This document shows, in pieces, positions 50,775 through 63,689 of a stretch of DNA of 64,000 nucleotides; the first letter of the stretch is position 1; the number at the start of each line of letters is the position of its first letter. Source of the DNA: an uncultured cyanobacterium (GTDB lineage: Bacteria > Cyanobacteriota > Cyanobacteriia > Cyanobacteriales > CAWUOF01); the NCBI GenBank assembly GCA_963744145.1, contig CAVUSO010000001.1, positions 7,008,001-7,072,000 of the forward strand, given 5' to 3'. Both the position numbers and the translations under genes were made by a program. A model generated the notes under the pieces. That model saw nothing but the letters and a program-made list of their open reading frames with translations, did no database searches and had not been told where the DNA came from.

Positions 50775-52385
50775 ATGTCCCTGCCTGAGAGTCCTTGCCT
50801 CAGCATTGCGATCGCCCGTCTGAAAACCGCTAGCTCAGAACACTTTGCGATTTGGGTTCTGGAAGCACCCTATCCTGGCGGTTACGTTCATCATGACTGT
50901 ATATGGCCGGAAACCTTAACCCAAGCTTGTCTAGCTTGGCAAGAAATGTTTTCCTCGTCCCATCCATCTGCGTCCATTCCCCAGCCCATTCTGACCTTTA
51001 ATCAAGAGGAAACTGGATTAGTTCCTAATCAAACACCCTATAGCAGTCGATTGATGCAGCATTTAGGGATTAGTTTTTGGGAATGGCTCTTTGCTGGTTC
51101 GATCCAAAGTAGTCTCAACCAAAGTCAAGGTTTTGCTAGTGGTCAAAATAAACCCCTCCGGTTGCGGCTAAATCTACGTGATCCTGATTTAATCGGGTTA
51201 CCCTGGGAAATCATGCAGCCCCAAGCTGGCAAACCAGCAGTTTCCCTCAACCAATATTTACTATTTAGTCGGACTACTAGCGATGTCGATCCACTTCCGG
51301 ATTTGCGAAATGACCAAGTGCTAAATATTTTGCTGGTTTTAGGGCAAAATCCAGAAACTAAAACTAACCCAGTCGGATTACAACTGGAATTAGAGGCAAA
51401 TTCTCTCCTCGAAGTCTTAAAAAATAGCTCCCAAACAAATTTAAACAATGATGAGAACGTTTCCTTGATTCCCTGTAAAGTAGATAAACTGGAAATGCCT
51501 ACCCCAGCCGAGCTAATTTCTCGTCTAGAAACAGGAGAATATAATATATTTTTCTATGCCGGACATGGTGAAAGTGCGCCGGACGGTGGATTATTATTCT
51601 TAAGATCAGATGCTACCCTCAATGGCACTGAATTAGCCCAGGTACTTACTCGCTGTCGCGTCACATTAGCGGTATTTAATGCTTGCTGGGGTGCCCAACC
51701 AGATTATCACAACCATCAAGCTGTACCAAGAAGTAGTTTAGCCGAAGTATTAATCCATCATGGTGTACCTGCGGTATTAGCAATGCGTGATCAAATTGCT
51801 GATCAAGAAGCTTTAAGTTTTATTAAAGCTTTTACCCAAGCACTAGCAAAACCAGTACCAATCGATCAAGCAGTGGCGATCGCCAGACAACAACTATTAA
51901 CTCTTTATCGCTTTAATCAACCAGCTTGGACTTTACCAGTCCTCTATATGCACCCAAAGTTTGATGGAGAATTAATTCATGTTTATGATGATAGTTTAAC
52001 GGAACTACCTACTAATTCTCAGATTGGGATGGAAGGGCGTTTTCCTAAAGCTAGTTTGCGATCGCTAACTCCTCCAATTACAGTCTGGCAAATTCGGACC
52101 GGGGTTGCGAAAGTCGGACGTCAACAAGACAATGATATTGTCATCCGTGAGCAATGGGTTTCTAAAAAACACGCGGAAATTTTCTGTCGAGATGTGGTGT
52201 TGGGAGTAAATTCCCAACCAACTTATTTTCTCCGGGATTTTTCTAGTTATGGCACCCTCATTCTTGGTCCAGATGGTTGGCAAAAAATTCATCATCAGGA
52301 AGTACCTTTACACTCAGGGATACAGCTTAAATTTGGTAGTTCCCAGGGTCAAGCTTTAGAATTTATCATGGAAAATATCACTTAA
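50775..52385 (+). CDS. CHAT + FHA domain protein (HetF-like protease family)
   Basis: YAGHG...FNACWG; FHA VGR...VSKKHA...DFSSYGT. Confidence 0.85.
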   Translation: MSLPESPCLSIAIARLKTASSEHFAIWVLEAPYPGGYVHHDCIWPETLTQACLAWQEMFSSSHPSASIPQPILTFNQEETGLVPNQTPYSSRLMQHLGISFWEWLFAGSIQSSLNQSQGFASGQNKPLRLRLNLRDPDLIGLPWEIMQPQAGKPAVSLNQYLLFSRTTSDVDPLPDLRNDQVLNILLVLGQNPETKTNPVGLQLELEANSLLEVLKNSSQTNLNNDENVSLIPCKVDKLEMPTPAELISRLETGEYNIFFYAGHGESAPDGGLLFLRSDATLNGTELAQVLTRCRVTLAVFNACWGAQPDYHNHQAVPRSSLAEVLIHHGVPAVLAMRDQIADQEALSFIKAFTQALAKPVPIDQAVAIARQQLLTLYRFNQPAWTLPVLYMHPKFDGELIHVYDDSLTELPTNSQIGMEGRFPKASLRSLTPPITVWQIRTGVAKVGRQQDNDIVIREQWVSKKHAEIFCRDVVLGVNSQPTYFLRDFSSYGTLILGPDGWQKIHHQEVPLHSGIQLKFGSSQGQALEFIMENIT

Positions 52386-52566
52386 TTACCGATGACAGTG
52401 AATTAAATAAAAGCTTTCAAATCTCGAAAATTAAGGAGTTTATAGCGAAATATCTAGAGGCATAAATTATGCTAATAATTCATTAAAATAGTTCTTAAAC
52501 ATCATGGACAAAACTAATATTAATGTATAATTACATTTAGTTCAGCCTAGTTACTTCCCCAAACCA

Positions 52567-55500
52567 ATGACATTCATAGCTAATCGCGATCGCCATAATT
52601 TACCTAGCATTCCAGGTTACACCATCAGCGAACAACTTTATGCAGGTTCTAAGACCGTAGTATATCGAGCTATCCAAATTAGTCAACAGCGCTCAGTGAT
52701 CATTAAGATTCTCCGACAAGAATATCCCAGCTTTAGTGACTTAGTGCTGTTTCGCAATCAATATATTATTACCAAAAATTTGGATATCCCCGGTATTGTC
52801 CGACCTGTGAGTTTAGAACCCTATCAGAATGGCTATGCTTTAGTCATGGAAGATAGTGGGAAGATTTCCTTAAGACAATATTGTCAGCATCAGTCTTTAA
52901 CCTTGACTGATATATTAGAAATTGCTCGAGCAATGGCCAATATCTTACACTATTTACATGAGCATCGGGTGATTCATAAAGATATCAAACCGTCAAATAT
53001 TTTAATCCATCCTGATACTCAAGAGATCGAACTAATTGATTTTAGTATCGCTTCCTTACTACCGAAAGAACCTCAAGCAATGCAAAATCCAAATCTGTTG
53101 GAAGGAACTCTCGCTTATTTAGCACCAGAACAAACTGGACGAATGAATCGTGGGATTGATTACCGGACAGATTTTTATAGCTTAGGTGTCACATTATATG
53201 AACTGTTAACTAGACAATTACCCTTTCTTTCTAATGACCCTTTAGAAGTAGTATATAGTCATATCGCTAAAAATCCAATACCACTTGATCAAATTAATCA
53301 AACCATCCCTCCTGTCCTATCGGATCTGATCCTTAAATTAATGGCAAAAAATGCCGAAGAGCGATATCAGAGTGCTTTGGGATTAAAATATGATATCGAA
53401 CAGTGTCAGCAACAATTAGAACGCTGCGGAGAAATAGTTAGGTTTAAATTAGGAGAGCGGGATCTATGCGATCGCTTTATGATTCCAGAAAAGCTCTATA
53501 GTAGAGAAAAAGAGGTGCAAACTCTCCTCAATGCTTTTGAAAGGATTAGTAATGGGAAGACGGAATTAATTTTAGTAGCAGGAGCAGCTGGGATTGGGAA
53601 AACTGCTGTTGTCAACGAAGTTTATAAACCAATTACTAAGCAAAAGGGATATTTCATTAAAGGGAAATTTGACCAATTTAATTCCAATATTCCCTTAAGT
53701 GCGATCGCTCAAGCATTAGGAGATTTAATGGAGCAATTGCTCAGTGAAAGTGACAGCAAAATCCATCAATGGCGATCGCAAATATTAGCAGCATTAGGAG
53801 AGAATGGACAAGCATTAATTGAAGTTATTCCGGAGTTAGAAAAGATCATCGGTAAACAACCACCAATCATAGAACTTTCTGGAAGTGCCAGTCAAAATCG
53901 ATTTAATTTATTATTTAAAAATTTCCTTTATACTGTCGCTACTTCCATTCATCCTTTAGTTATTTTCCTGGATGATCTGCAATGGGCTGATCAGGCGTCT
54001 CTGACAATAATCGAACTGTTAATGACTGACAATCAAAATAGTTATTTATTATTAATAGGAGCCTATCGAGATCAGTCAGTTACTCCAACCCATCCCTTAA
54101 TGCAAACTGTAAGTAAAATGAAAAAATTAGGGTTGGCACTTGAGACGATTACCCTAGATCCCCTCACCTCAGAAAATATTAATCAATTAATTGCAGATAC
54201 GCTTAATTGTTCTGAAGAATTAGCCCAACCTTTGACAGAATTAATCCATCAAAAAGCTCAAGGAAATCCCTTTTTTACAAATCAATTTCTCAAATTTTTG
54301 TATACAGAAGATTTAATTAAATTTGAGCGAAAATTAGGAAATTGGCAATGTGATTTAAGGGGAGTGCGATCGCTAACTATCAGTGACAATGTGGTTGAAT
54401 TTATAGCATTTCAGCTTCAAAAGCTACCTCAAAAAACTCAAAAATTAATGCAAATTGCCGCTGTTATTGGTAATCAATTTGATTGGGAAACATTAGCAGT
54501 AGTATGTGAACAATCTCCGCTAGAGATTACTGCCAATTTGTGGACATCGCTGCAAGAAGGATTTATTTTACCTACCACCCAAATCTATAATTTTTCTTAC
54601 TCTCAGATTCCAGAAGAATTACCAAGAACAAATGATATTTTGGTAAGTTATCATTTTATCCATGATCGGGTTCAACAAGCAGCTTATTCATTAATTGCAC
54701 CAGCAGAAAAATCTGCTACCCATCTAAAAATTGGGCAATTGCTATTAGAGGGAACACCACCCGAACAACAGGAAGAAAAACTATTCGCAATTGTGAATCA
54801 ATTGAACCAAGGACGAGAACTGTTAGTAAATGAAAATCAACGACAAGAATTAGCTCAATTAAATCTCAGGGTAGGTAGAAAAGCCCAAACTGCTACCGCT
54901 TACTCAACCGCTTTAGAATACTTTAAAATTGGCATCGAGCTATTAGGGAATAACTGTTGGGAGGAAAAATATCATCTCACTTTAAACCTAGCTACCAGAG
55001 CAGCTGAATCAGCTTATCTTCATGCAGATTTTGCGGAAATGGAAAGATGGGCACAAACTGTCTGGAAAAATGCCAAATCTTTATTAGATCGAATTGGGAT
55101 CTCTAAAGTAAAAATCCAAGCATTAATGGCCCAAAATCAACCATTGCGATCGGTGGAGATAGCTCTAGAAATTCTGGCTAATTTAGGTATAAATATTCCC
55201 CCCGATCCTACGACCTTAGAGATCCAACAGGTGATGAGTGAAACTCGATCACTTTGTGAGGATAAATCAATGGAAGAATTGATGAATTTACCATTAATGA
55301 CCGATGCAGAAAAACAAGCAGCACTGGAGATATTAGGGCTGGTAATTCCACCCACAACTATAGCAAAACCTGCTCTTTTTCCCTTCATAGTTTGCCAACA
55401 AGTCGCGCTCTCAGTGGAATATGGCAACAGTTCTTTTTCCGCTTATGCTTATGTTAATTATGGGTTTATGCTTTGTGGGCTACCCAATATTCAATTGGGC

Positions 55501-58500
55501 TATAAATTTGGTCAATTAGCCTTAGCTTTACTAGAGCGTTTTCAGACTAAAGAACTAGAAGCAAAAGTCTTGGGAAGTTTTCATGCTTTTATCGGAGCTT
55601 GGAAGCACCATGCTCGCGAAACTTTGGCTGAATTCTTAAAAACTTATCACAGCGGGTTGGAAACGGGTGATGTGGAATTTTCCAGCTATGCAACTTGTTG
55701 GTATTCTCTTCATTCATTTTTCCTTGGTATTTATTTACCAGAACTAGAACGAGAAATATCAATTTACAGTGATTTTTGCCGTCAAATTAAGATCGAACCC
55801 ATTGTGGTTAAAAATGAAATGTTGCGTCAGGTTGTTGTCAATTTAATTGGCGGTGCAGAACATCCCCACTGTTTGAGTGGAGAGGTTTACGATACCCAAA
55901 CCATGATTCCTATTCATCAGCAAGCTGGAGATCTTACGGCGATCGGTTTAGCATATATTTATCAAGTTATACTTTGTTATCTGTTTGAGGAGTTTCCACA
56001 AGCTCTAGAAAATGGAACTCAAGCTGAAGTGTACTTAGCTATTTTTCCACCATTATTGATTGTACCTCTCTATCATTTTTATTCAGCTTTAACACAGTTA
56101 GCTCTTTATAAAACAGCAACAGAATCACAACAAAAAGTCATTTTTGAGCAGGTAGATCACCATCAAGAAAAGATGAAGTATTGGGCGGAAAATGCTCCAA
56201 TGAACTTCAAACATAAATATGATCTAGTGGCAGCAGAAAAATATCGAGTGTTAGGACAAAAAAGTCAAGCGATTAAGCTATATAACAAAGCTATTTCTGG
56301 AGCAAAAAAAAACGGATATATCCAGGAAGAAGCCTTAGCGAACGAATTGGCGGCTAAATTCTATCTCGATCGCGGTAGAGAACAAGCAGCAGCAAGTTAT
56401 ATGCAAGCAGCTTACTATGGATATGCTCGATGGGGAGCATTAGCCAAAACTAATCAACTAGAAGCCAAATATCCACACTTACTCCGACCAATTTTAGCCA
56501 AAAAAACAATCAACATTAATCCCCAAGAAACGATCGCTGCTCCTACTCTTACTACCCAAAAGTTTTCTAGCACTTCAAGTAGTAGCAGTAGCACTTCTCA
56601 ATTTCTGAATGTTGCCAGTATTCTGAAAGCCTGCTATGCTATTTCCAGCGAACTCCAGCATGAGCAACTAATTACCAAACTAACTGCGATTCTGATGGAA
56701 AATGCTGGTGCAACTAAATGTGCTTTGATTTTGCCCTCTGTTCCTGAATGGCAAATTGAAGCGATCGCAATTTTACAAGAACATGACCACCAGGAATACT
56801 TCCCTCAAGCACCCTTAGAAACTAGTACGGATATACCTGTTTCCCTGATTCGTTATGTGCGTAATACTAGAGAAACCTTAGCTTTTGATGATATTAACCA
56901 AATTGAACGCTGGAGTAGCGATCACTATATTCAAAGTAAAAAACCGAAAAGCATTTTGTGTTTACCGATTCTCAAACAGGAGCTGATGATCGGTATCCTT
57001 TATCTGGAAAATGATCATACCATCGCAGCTTTCACGGAACACCATCAAGAAATCCTCAAACTCCTAACTGCTCAAGTCTCTATTGCGATCGAAAACGCTA
57101 ACCTCTACCATCACCTAGAACAAAAAGTCGAACAACGCACCGAAGAACTCAAACAAGCTAAAATTGCGGCTGAATCCGCTAATCAAGCCAAAAGTGAATT
57201 TCTCGCTTCGATGAGTCATGAGTTACGCACTCCGCTCAATGGTATTCTCGGCTATACTCAAATTATGAAACGCGCTCAAGACCTGAATAGTCAACGTCAT
57301 GGATTAGAAGTAATCGAACAATCCGCTTATCATCTGCTCAATTTAATTAACGATATTCTCGATCTATCGAAAATCGAAGCACGTAAACTTGAATTAAATC
57401 CCCACGAAATTCAGCTTCCTTTTTTTCTTCTAGGTGTAGCCGAAATGGCACACATTCGCGCTCAAAACAAGGGAATTACTTTTCATTCGACCATTGATCC
57501 AAATCTGCCCAACGCTGTCACTGTCGATGAAAAACGTCTACGTCAAGTATTACTTAATCTCTTAAGTAATGCGATCAAATTTACAGATACAGGTGGGGTT
57601 ACTTTGGTTGTCCAAAAACTCCCTAATTTATTAGATTCAACTAACACGGTCAAACTACGTTTTGCTGTTCAAGATACTGGGATCGGAATCAGTCCAGAGC
57701 AATTACCTAAAATCTTCTTACCTTTTGAGCAAGTTGGTCATAAATCACGACAAGCAGAGGGAGCTGGTTTAGGATTAGCGATCTCTCAAAAAATTGTTAA
57801 ATTAATGCGTAGCAAAATTCAAGTCACGAGTCAACTCCACCAAGGTAGTATATTTTTCTTTGAATTAGAACTTCCCCTTGCTAACTTTGAGGAGTTATCG
57901 GTCAATCCACAGGGTCAAATTATCGGGTATCAGGGGGTGCGACATAAGATATTAATTGTCGATGATAAGTTAGTCAACAGAAAAGTATTACTAGAAACCT
58001 TAATACCTTTGGGATTTCATTGTCGAGAAGCGGTAAATGGAGAAGAAGGGTTAAAGGAAGCTCTGGATTTTCAACCGGACTTGATCATTACAGATTTGGT
58101 AATGCCCATTTTAGATGGTTTTGAAATGGTGCAAGAATTGCGATCGCGATTGGAGTTCCAAAATGTGATCATTATTGCTTGTTCTGCTAGTGTGGTAAGT
58201 AAAAAGCAAGCTAAAAATTTAAAGATTGGTTGTAATGAATTTCTTGATCAACCAATTGATTTTCAACAGTTGTTAGTTTATCTGCAAAAATATCTGAAGT
58301 TAGAGTGGATTTATCAGGAATTACCAACTTCTCTACAACCAGAAGAAGCAACTACCGAACTAGAGCTAGTAATTCCATCCTCAGTAGAATTAGAAGCACT
58401 GCTGAAACCAGCTAAAATTGGGGATATTACAGCAATTACTGAGGCTGTACATACTTTGATGGTAAGTAATCAGCACTATCGGGTTTTTGGGGAGCGGATT

Positions 58501-58608
58501 TTACAGCTAGCTGCGGATTTTGATGATGACGCGATCGTTCAATTAATTATGCAATATCTCCAAGATGTTGATACTCTCAGGTCTAAAGACACTGAGATTC
58601 TTGAATAG
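52567..58608 (+). CDS. Ser/Thr kinase-AAA-GAF-hybrid histidine kinase with receiver domain
   Basis: [37 protein letters not shown]...DLVMP; last ~13 codons come from an IS. Confidence 0.95.
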   Translation: MTFIANRDRHNLPSIPGYTISEQLYAGSKTVVYRAIQISQQRSVIIKILRQEYPSFSDLVLFRNQYIITKNLDIPGIVRPVSLEPYQNGYALVMEDSGKISLRQYCQHQSLTLTDILEIARAMANILHYLHEHRVIHKDIKPSNILIHPDTQEIELIDFSIASLLPKEPQAMQNPNLLEGTLAYLAPEQTGRMNRGIDYRTDFYSLGVTLYELLTRQLPFLSNDPLEVVYSHIAKNPIPLDQINQTIPPVLSDLILKLMAKNAEERYQSALGLKYDIEQCQQQLERCGEIVRFKLGERDLCDRFMIPEKLYSREKEVQTLLNAFERISNGKTELILVAGAAGIGKTAVVNEVYKPITKQKGYFIKGKFDQFNSNIPLSAIAQALGDLMEQLLSESDSKIHQWRSQILAALGENGQALIEVIPELEKIIGKQPPIIELSGSASQNRFNLLFKNFLYTVATSIHPLVIFLDDLQWADQASLTIIELLMTDNQNSYLLLIGAYRDQSVTPTHPLMQTVSKMKKLGLALETITLDPLTSENINQLIADTLNCSEELAQPLTELIHQKAQGNPFFTNQFLKFLYTEDLIKFERKLGNWQCDLRGVRSLTISDNVVEFIAFQLQKLPQKTQKLMQIAAVIGNQFDWETLAVVCEQSPLEITANLWTSLQEGFILPTTQIYNFSYSQIPEELPRTNDILVSYHFIHDRVQQAAYSLIAPAEKSATHLKIGQLLLEGTPPEQQEEKLFAIVNQLNQGRELLVNENQRQELAQLNLRVGRKAQTATAYSTALEYFKIGIELLGNNCWEEKYHLTLNLATRAAESAYLHADFAEMERWAQTVWKNAKSLLDRIGISKVKIQALMAQNQPLRSVEIALEILANLGINIPPDPTTLEIQQVMSETRSLCEDKSMEELMNLPLMTDAEKQAALEILGLVIPPTTIAKPALFPFIVCQQVALSVEYGNSSFSAYAYVNYGFMLCGLPNIQLGYKFGQLALALLERFQTKELEAKVLGSFHAFIGAWKHHARETLAEFLKTYHSGLETGDVEFSSYATCWYSLHSFFLGIYLPELEREISIYSDFCRQIKIEPIVVKNEMLRQVVVNLIGGAEHPHCLSGEVYDTQTMIPIHQQAGDLTAIGLAYIYQVILCYLFEEFPQALENGTQAEVYLAIFPPLLIVPLYHFYSALTQLALYKTATESQQKVIFEQVDHHQEKMKYWAENAPMNFKHKYDLVAAEKYRVLGQKSQAIKLYNKAISGAKKNGYIQEEALANELAAKFYLDRGREQAAASYMQAAYYGYARWGALAKTNQLEAKYPHLLRPILAKKTININPQETIAAPTLTTQKFSSTSSSSSSTSQFLNVASILKACYAISSELQHEQLITKLTAILMENAGATKCALILPSVPEWQIEAIAILQEHDHQEYFPQAPLETSTDIPVSLIRYVRNTRETLAFDDINQIERWSSDHYIQSKKPKSILCLPILKQELMIGILYLENDHTIAAFTEHHQEILKLLTAQVSIAIENANLYHHLEQKVEQRTEELKQAKIAAESANQAKSEFLASMSHELRTPLNGILGYTQIMKRAQDLNSQRHGLEVIEQSAYHLLNLINDILDLSKIEARKLELNPHEIQLPFFLLGVAEMAHIRAQNKGITFHSTIDPNLPNAVTVDEKRLRQVLLNLLSNAIKFTDTGGVTLVVQKLPNLLDSTNTVKLRFAVQDTGIGISPEQLPKIFLPFEQVGHKSRQAEGAGLGLAISQKIVKLMRSKIQVTSQLHQGSIFFFELELPLANFEELSVNPQGQIIGYQGVRHKILIVDDKLVNRKVLLETLIPLGFHCREAVNGEEGLKEALDFQPDLIITDLVMPILDGFEMVQELRSRLEFQNVIIIACSASVVSKKQAKNLKIGCNEFLDQPIDFQQLLVYLQKYLKLEWIYQELPTSLQPEEATTELELVIPSSVELEALLKPAKIGDITAITEAVHTLMVSNQHYRVFGERILQLAADFDDDAIVQLIMQYLQDVDTLRSKDTEILE

Positions 58609-60060
58609 TCCAGAGTCTGAACTTCAAAGGCGCGTACAAAACACCTCTACTGATTTCACTTAGGACAAGCCCAAGATCCACCGCTACTTTTCTCAAAATA
58701 TTAGCCGCAGCATTCGCGTCAGCGTTGATTTTTATGCCATTAGAACTGACATACAAGCCACGTTTAACTCTTTTTCCTGATGCTGTCCATTCTGTGGGTT
58801 TTTCACCATAAGTTGGGATGGTATCAGCATCTAAAAAACTAGCTTTGCTGGTATAACTTTCTTCAGTTTCAAGAAACTTAATGCCGTACAAGGTACAAAG
58901 TTCTTGAAGCCTTGCTTTGAGTCTAGCCGTAGGGATTTGGACAAAGTTTTGATTAGTCTTTTGCCCTAGTTCTATCCCATCTTTTTGGCTTTTATTCCAA
59001 CCAAAAGCTAAAGTCCCGATGCGATTATTTAAACAGTGATTTATCACTAGCCGAGCGGCTTTGTTGATAGCGTCCCTCATCTGTCTATTCCGTTTCTCAG
59101 TCATTGCTGCCAAACGATTAGACCAAAAACCTTGAGGTTTATTAGCTTTGAGTTTAGCTACTTGTTTGTTGTACCATTGATTGACTGATTTTAGATGTCT
59201 GCCATCAATAATAAAACTTGTCCCTACATTACTAACGGCTGTCAACCAATTATTTAAACCGTGGTCTATCCCTAAGCATTTAGCTGGGTCTAGGACAGGT
59301 TTCTCAACTACAACTGGGTAGACGAATTCTGCATAAAAACAACCGTTTCTAGGGAGTATCCTGACCTCTCTAAGAGACTCAAAATCTAGGTTAGTTGGCA
59401 TTGGTAGGAAAAATTCTTTTATGCCAAACCAAGCATTGACCTGTAATCCTAAAGGAAATCTAATCTTTCCATCAATTAACCTTAGTGACCGTTTGGGATA
59501 GGCAACTAATTGATAGCCTCCTGGTTTTCGATAGTTGGGCAAGTTGGGTTTAGTTTCGAGTCTACCACTTAGCCAAAGTTCTCTTAACTTGGCGTAGGAA
59601 CTAATTGACTCACCTACTGCCATACAAGTTTGTGCTGCGGCATCGGATGGTAGAGCCGAAAAATGTACATTTTGAGTAAGATTTTTTACAATCTCAAACT
59701 TGGTCACAAATTTGTGAGCTTTAAACCAGATTTGACGAGCATAATAGGTAGCACAATTGTGTAGATTATTGGACTCTGAGCAAACGAATTCTAGTATTGC
59801 TTTTGTCTCTGGTTCGGCATTGATTAAATGCTGTTGAACACCTAACGGTACTTGGGGCTTTTTTTCTGTTTTCTTTCTTTTAACCATTTTTTGTTTCTTT
59901 TCTTTCTAATCTTAACTATAGCTTATGTTTGACAAAAAGCAAGTCTTTGTGATCAAAACAATGTTAAGATTAAGAAATATTTTCAGGTGGTTAAAACCAC
60001 TTGGGTCGTTTCCCTCTCAGGTCTAAAGAACCTGAGTTTCCCACTTACCATGTGTTTTTT
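58568..60060 (-). mobile_element. tnpB-only IS200/IS605-family element
   Basis: Hairpins CTCAGGTCTAAAGA..CTGAG at ~58576 and ~60016; right end ...GAGTATCAA on the minus strand; no tnpA. Confidence 0.8.
58583..59887 (-). CDS. tnpB: TnpB-family RNA-guided nuclease
   Basis: [31 protein letters not shown]. Confidence 0.9.
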   Translation of the reverse strand: MVKRKKTEKKPQVPLGVQQHLINAEPETKAILEFVCSESNNLHNCATYYARQIWFKAHKFVTKFEIVKNLTQNVHFSALPSDAAAQTCMAVGESISSYAKLRELWLSGRLETKPNLPNYRKPGGYQLVAYPKRSLRLIDGKIRFPLGLQVNAWFGIKEFFLPMPTNLDFESLREVRILPRNGCFYAEFVYPVVVEKPVLDPAKCLGIDHGLNNWLTAVSNVGTSFIIDGRHLKSVNQWYNKQVAKLKANKPQGFWSNRLAAMTEKRNRQMRDAINKAARLVINHCLNNRIGTLAFGWNKSQKDGIELGQKTNQNFVQIPTARLKARLQELCTLYGIKFLETEESYTSKASFLDADTIPTYGEKPTEWTASGKRVKRGLYVSSNGIKINADANAAANILRKVAVDLGLVLSEISRGVLYAPLKFRLWTIQESQCL

Positions 60061-60129
60061 ATGATTTAGAACTCTAGAAATCGGAGAACAACTAGAAAAA
60101 CCATGGGGAAATCTCCCCCCCAAAAAATC

Positions 60130-60486
60130 CTAATCTCCCCTCATTTCCTGTGCCAATAATTCCTTTAATAACGGCACTAGAGGAGGTAAATGATTTTGAA
60201 TCGTATTCCAAACTAATCTCTGATTCACTTGAAAATACTCGTGAGCCATCACATTTCTCATATCACCCATCAAACGCCAAGGAATCTGCGGATAACGAGA
60301 CTTAATTCCATCATCGACATTAACAGAAGCTTCACCAATAATGATAAAATTATAAAGAATCCCTTGCAGGATAATTTTTTCAACTCTCCTGAAATCCTCA
60401 AAACTCATTCCATCAATAGAACATTGAATGTGCTTGATCGCATCCAAAATATCCTGAACACGAAGTGGCCATTCCCTAGAGGGCAC
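60130..60486 (-). CDS. HepT-like HEPN RNase toxin (DUF86)
   Basis: IIGEA, IPW..M..MRNVMAHEY (Rx4HxY). Confidence 0.9.
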   Translation of the reverse strand: MPSREWPLRVQDILDAIKHIQCSIDGMSFEDFRRVEKIILQGILYNFIIIGEASVNVDDGIKSRYPQIPWRLMGDMRNVMAHEYFQVNQRLVWNTIQNHLPPLVPLLKELLAQEMRGD

Positions 60487-60766
60487 GAATCGCCTCCTTC
60501 AGAACAGGTTCCCGCAAATGTTCCCTCAAAGCATCCTCAGTCCCTAAATCTACAGCACATCCGAAGAGATCCTCTAAATAGTGCTGTACTCGGAACAAAT
60601 CAAATAAACTTGCTTCTATGGAAAACTCTACTAAAAAGTCTACATCACTATCAGGTCGCGCTTCATTTCGTGCCACTGAACCAAACAAATCTAAAGACTT
60701 TACCCCCAAGTCGGTTAATTTATCCTTGTGGGCAGCTAAAATGGCTAGCACATCTTCCCGTTTCAT
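60476..60766 (-). CDS. MntA-like minimal nucleotidyltransferase antitoxin
   Basis: LFGSVARNEARPDSDVD; overlaps the toxin start. Confidence 0.9.
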   Translation of the reverse strand: MKREDVLAILAAHKDKLTDLGVKSLDLFGSVARNEARPDSDVDFLVEFSIEASLFDLFRVQHYLEDLFGCAVDLGTEDALREHLREPVLKEAIRAL

Positions 60767-60940
60767 GATCACTTCTACCAATAACTTACTTAGATTTTAA
60801 CACACTGCTTCCCAAAGTTAAGATGATTAATTCGATAGTTCCTGCTAGGTTTAGCGAATCACATCTTATTCCTTGTTTGGGTAAGGTCAGCGTTCCTGAA
60901 CTCTATGCTTTGCTCAATCCAAATCCTGTTAAACCACAAA

Positions 60941-61639
60941 TTAAACTGCCAAAAACCTTTGAATCACATCATTACTTAGTTCATCTGTCGAACCAGATGC
61001 TACAATTCCCCCCTTTTGCATCGCATAATACCAGTCAGCTTGTCGGACAAAATGTAAATGCTGTTCTACTAACAAAACAGAAATTCCTTTAGTCGCAATA
61101 ATTCGTTTTACCGCCGCTTCAATTTCAAGAATTATCGATGGTTGAATTCCTTCAGTCGGTTCATCTAAAACCAGTAATTGGGGCTGTCCCATTAAAGCTC
61201 TAGCAATAGCTAATTGCTGCTGCTGTCCTCCGCTTAAATCTCCACCCATCCGAGAAAGCATAGTTTTTAAAACCGGAAATAACTCAAATATTTCATCAGA
61301 AATTTCCGCTTTTTTAGGACGTTTTTTTCTAGCTTCCAACCCTAATATTAGATTTTCTTCAACTGTTAATCTGGGGATAATATCACGACCTTGGGGAACG
61401 TAACCAATACCCATTCTAGCCCGTTGATCAGGAGATTTAGAGACAATTGCTTGGTCACAAAAATTAATTGCCCCACTGCGGGGTGAAAGTAAACCGATGA
61501 GGGTCTTTAACAAAGTAGTTTTCCCTACCCCATTTCGACCGATTAAACAAACCATTTTCCCCGCTATCACACTCAAATCTACATCGCGAAGAATATGACT
61601 TTCACCGTAGTAAACATTTAAACCAGATATTTGCAGCAT
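60941..61639 (-). CDS. urtE: urea ABC transporter ATP-binding subunit
   Basis: GRNGVGKT, LSGGQQQQ, DEPTEGIQPSII; operon order. Confidence 0.93.
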   Translation of the reverse strand: MLQISGLNVYYGESHILRDVDLSVIAGKMVCLIGRNGVGKTTLLKTLIGLLSPRSGAINFCDQAIVSKSPDQRARMGIGYVPQGRDIIPRLTVEENLILGLEARKKRPKKAEISDEIFELFPVLKTMLSRMGGDLSGGQQQQLAIARALMGQPQLLVLDEPTEGIQPSIILEIEAAVKRIIATKGISVLLVEQHLHFVRQADWYYAMQKGGIVASGSTDELSNDVIQRFLAV

Positions 61640-61684
61640 ATTATTTATTTGGTAATTTATGTAATTGGACAACTAAATACCTTT

Positions 61685-62440
61685 TTAAGCAGCTTCGCTT
61701 TCTGGTTTACCTAAATAAACCTCAATCACACGCGGATCGTTTTGCACCTCATCCATACTTCCTTCACACAAAACCGAACCCTGATGCAAAACTGTTACCT
61801 TTCTCGCAATTTGTCTCACAAACTCCATATCATGTTCAATTACTAAAACTGAATGACTTTCCGCTAAAGAAATCAACAGATCGCCAGTTAAAACCGTCTC
61901 TTCATCAGTTAAACCTGCTACCGGTTCATCTACTAATAATAAATCGGGAGATTGGGCTAATAACATGCCAATTTCTAACCATTGTTTTTCACCATGAGAA
62001 AGTAACCCAGCCGCAATATTAGCTTTAGCAGATAAGCCAATAGTTTCTAATAAACCTGCTACCGTGCGTTTTTCAGTAACAGGGGGACGCTGAAACAGGG
62101 TAGAAAAAACATTTTTATTGCGGTTACAAGACAGTTCTAAATTTTCAGTTGGCGTTAAATTTAGATAAACTCGTGGCGTTTGAAACTTCCGACCAATGCC
62201 GAGACGAACAATTTGATATTCCGGCAATTTGCGTAAGTTTTTTCCTTTAAATATCACTCGTCCTTCGGTTGGCTGAACTTTACCAGTAATCACATCTAGA
62301 AAGGTTGTTTTTCCAGCACCATTAGCACCAATTAACACTCTTAATTCACCGGCATCCATGCTGAAATTTAGCCCATTCAGTGCCTTAAAACCATCAAAAC
62401 TAACACTCAAATTCTCAATCTCTAAAATTTTCTCATTCAT
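61685..62440 (-). CDS. urtD: urea ABC transporter ATP-binding subunit
   Basis: GANGAGKT, LSHGEKQWLEIGM. Confidence 0.93.
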   Translation of the reverse strand: MNEKILEIENLSVSFDGFKALNGLNFSMDAGELRVLIGANGAGKTTFLDVITGKVQPTEGRVIFKGKNLRKLPEYQIVRLGIGRKFQTPRVYLNLTPTENLELSCNRNKNVFSTLFQRPPVTEKRTVAGLLETIGLSAKANIAAGLLSHGEKQWLEIGMLLAQSPDLLLVDEPVAGLTDEETVLTGDLLISLAESHSVLVIEHDMEFVRQIARKVTVLHQGSVLCEGSMDEVQNDPRVIEVYLGKPESEAA

Positions 62441-62489
62441 AAATTTCTTAGTAGTTAGTCGTTGCTTGTTAATTTTCAGAATCTAACAG

Positions 62490-63659
62490 TTAACCCTGAT
62501 CTAACTCTTCCTTCTCTCGCTTTACTTCAGGGTCAGTTTCTAAACTGGGATAAGTAGAAATATACCGCTTTCTCCCGAATAATTGCTGAAGCATTTCCCA
62601 CCCTTGAAATCGCAGCCATCCTACCAAACCATTAGGCAAAACCATCACCACAATTAAGAATAGCGCCCCCTGAAAAAATAACCATACTTCCGGGAATTGT
62701 TCACTCAAGAAACTTTTGCCAAAATTGACTAAAAGCGCCCCGATGATAGCTCCCACTAGACTAGCGCGACCTCCCACTGCCACCCAAATTACCATTTCAA
62801 TGGAAAAAGCAATATCCATCGCCTTCGGTGAAATAATTCCTGTTTGGACAGTGAATAAAGCACCAGCCATTCCTGCTAAAGCAGCAGAAATTCCAAAGAC
62901 TACAACCTTAATATCTGTCGGATCATAACCTGAGAAACGCACCCGCACCTCATCATCCCTAATTGCTATTAGCAATCGGCCAAAACGTCCGCTAGTTAGC
63001 CAACGGCAAAGAGCGTAAGCACCGGCTAAAAATAATATTGTTAGTGTGTAAAAAATAAACTGCGTTTCTGGTGAATTGACTGTTGCCCCAAATATAGTTT
63101 TAAAATCAGTCAAACCATTAGTGCCATTAATCAATTTTTGCTGACCATTAAAGAAGTTGAAAAATACAATTGTTGCCGCTTGGGTTAATATTGAAAAATA
63201 CACGCCGCGAATACGATTGCGAAATACCAAATAACCGAGAAATGCACCTAAAAGACCAGGGAGAATCACTACAGCTACTACGGAAAAAGGAAAAGAATAA
63301 AAAGGTTGCCAAAACCAAGGTAATTCAGTTACACCATAAAGATTCATAAATTCTGGCAATTGAACACTGGTATCTGGGGGAATTTGCAATTTCAAGTACA
63401 TGGCAAAAGCATAACCACCCAAAGCAAAAAATACGCCATGTCCCAAACTTAACAAACCAGTATAACCCCAGATTAAATCAATCCCAAGAGCCACAATTGC
63501 TAAAGCGAGAAATCGCCCTAACTGATTGAGCCTAACTGTAGGTAGTATTGCCGGAATAAGGAAGATTAAAACCAGTGCAATCACAGCTACAATTGCGGTT
63601 TCAATAAGTAACTTTCGCCTCCTCTGATTGCCAAAACTTCCCAATATTTTCTGTTCCAT
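62490..63659 (-). CDS. urtC: urea ABC transporter permease
   Basis: GIDLIWGYTGLLSLGHG, RIRGVYFSILTQA. Confidence 0.93.
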   Translation of the reverse strand: MEQKILGSFGNQRRRKLLIETAIVAVIALVLIFLIPAILPTVRLNQLGRFLALAIVALGIDLIWGYTGLLSLGHGVFFALGGYAFAMYLKLQIPPDTSVQLPEFMNLYGVTELPWFWQPFYSFPFSVVAVVILPGLLGAFLGYLVFRNRIRGVYFSILTQAATIVFFNFFNGQQKLINGTNGLTDFKTIFGATVNSPETQFIFYTLTILFLAGAYALCRWLTSGRFGRLLIAIRDDEVRVRFSGYDPTDIKVVVFGISAALAGMAGALFTVQTGIISPKAMDIAFSIEMVIWVAVGGRASLVGAIIGALLVNFGKSFLSEQFPEVWLFFQGALFLIVVMVLPNGLVGWLRFQGWEMLQQLFGRKRYISTYPSLETDPEVKREKEELDQG

Positions 63660-63689
63660 TATTCTGCTCCAAAATTTTTCCTTCTTTCT

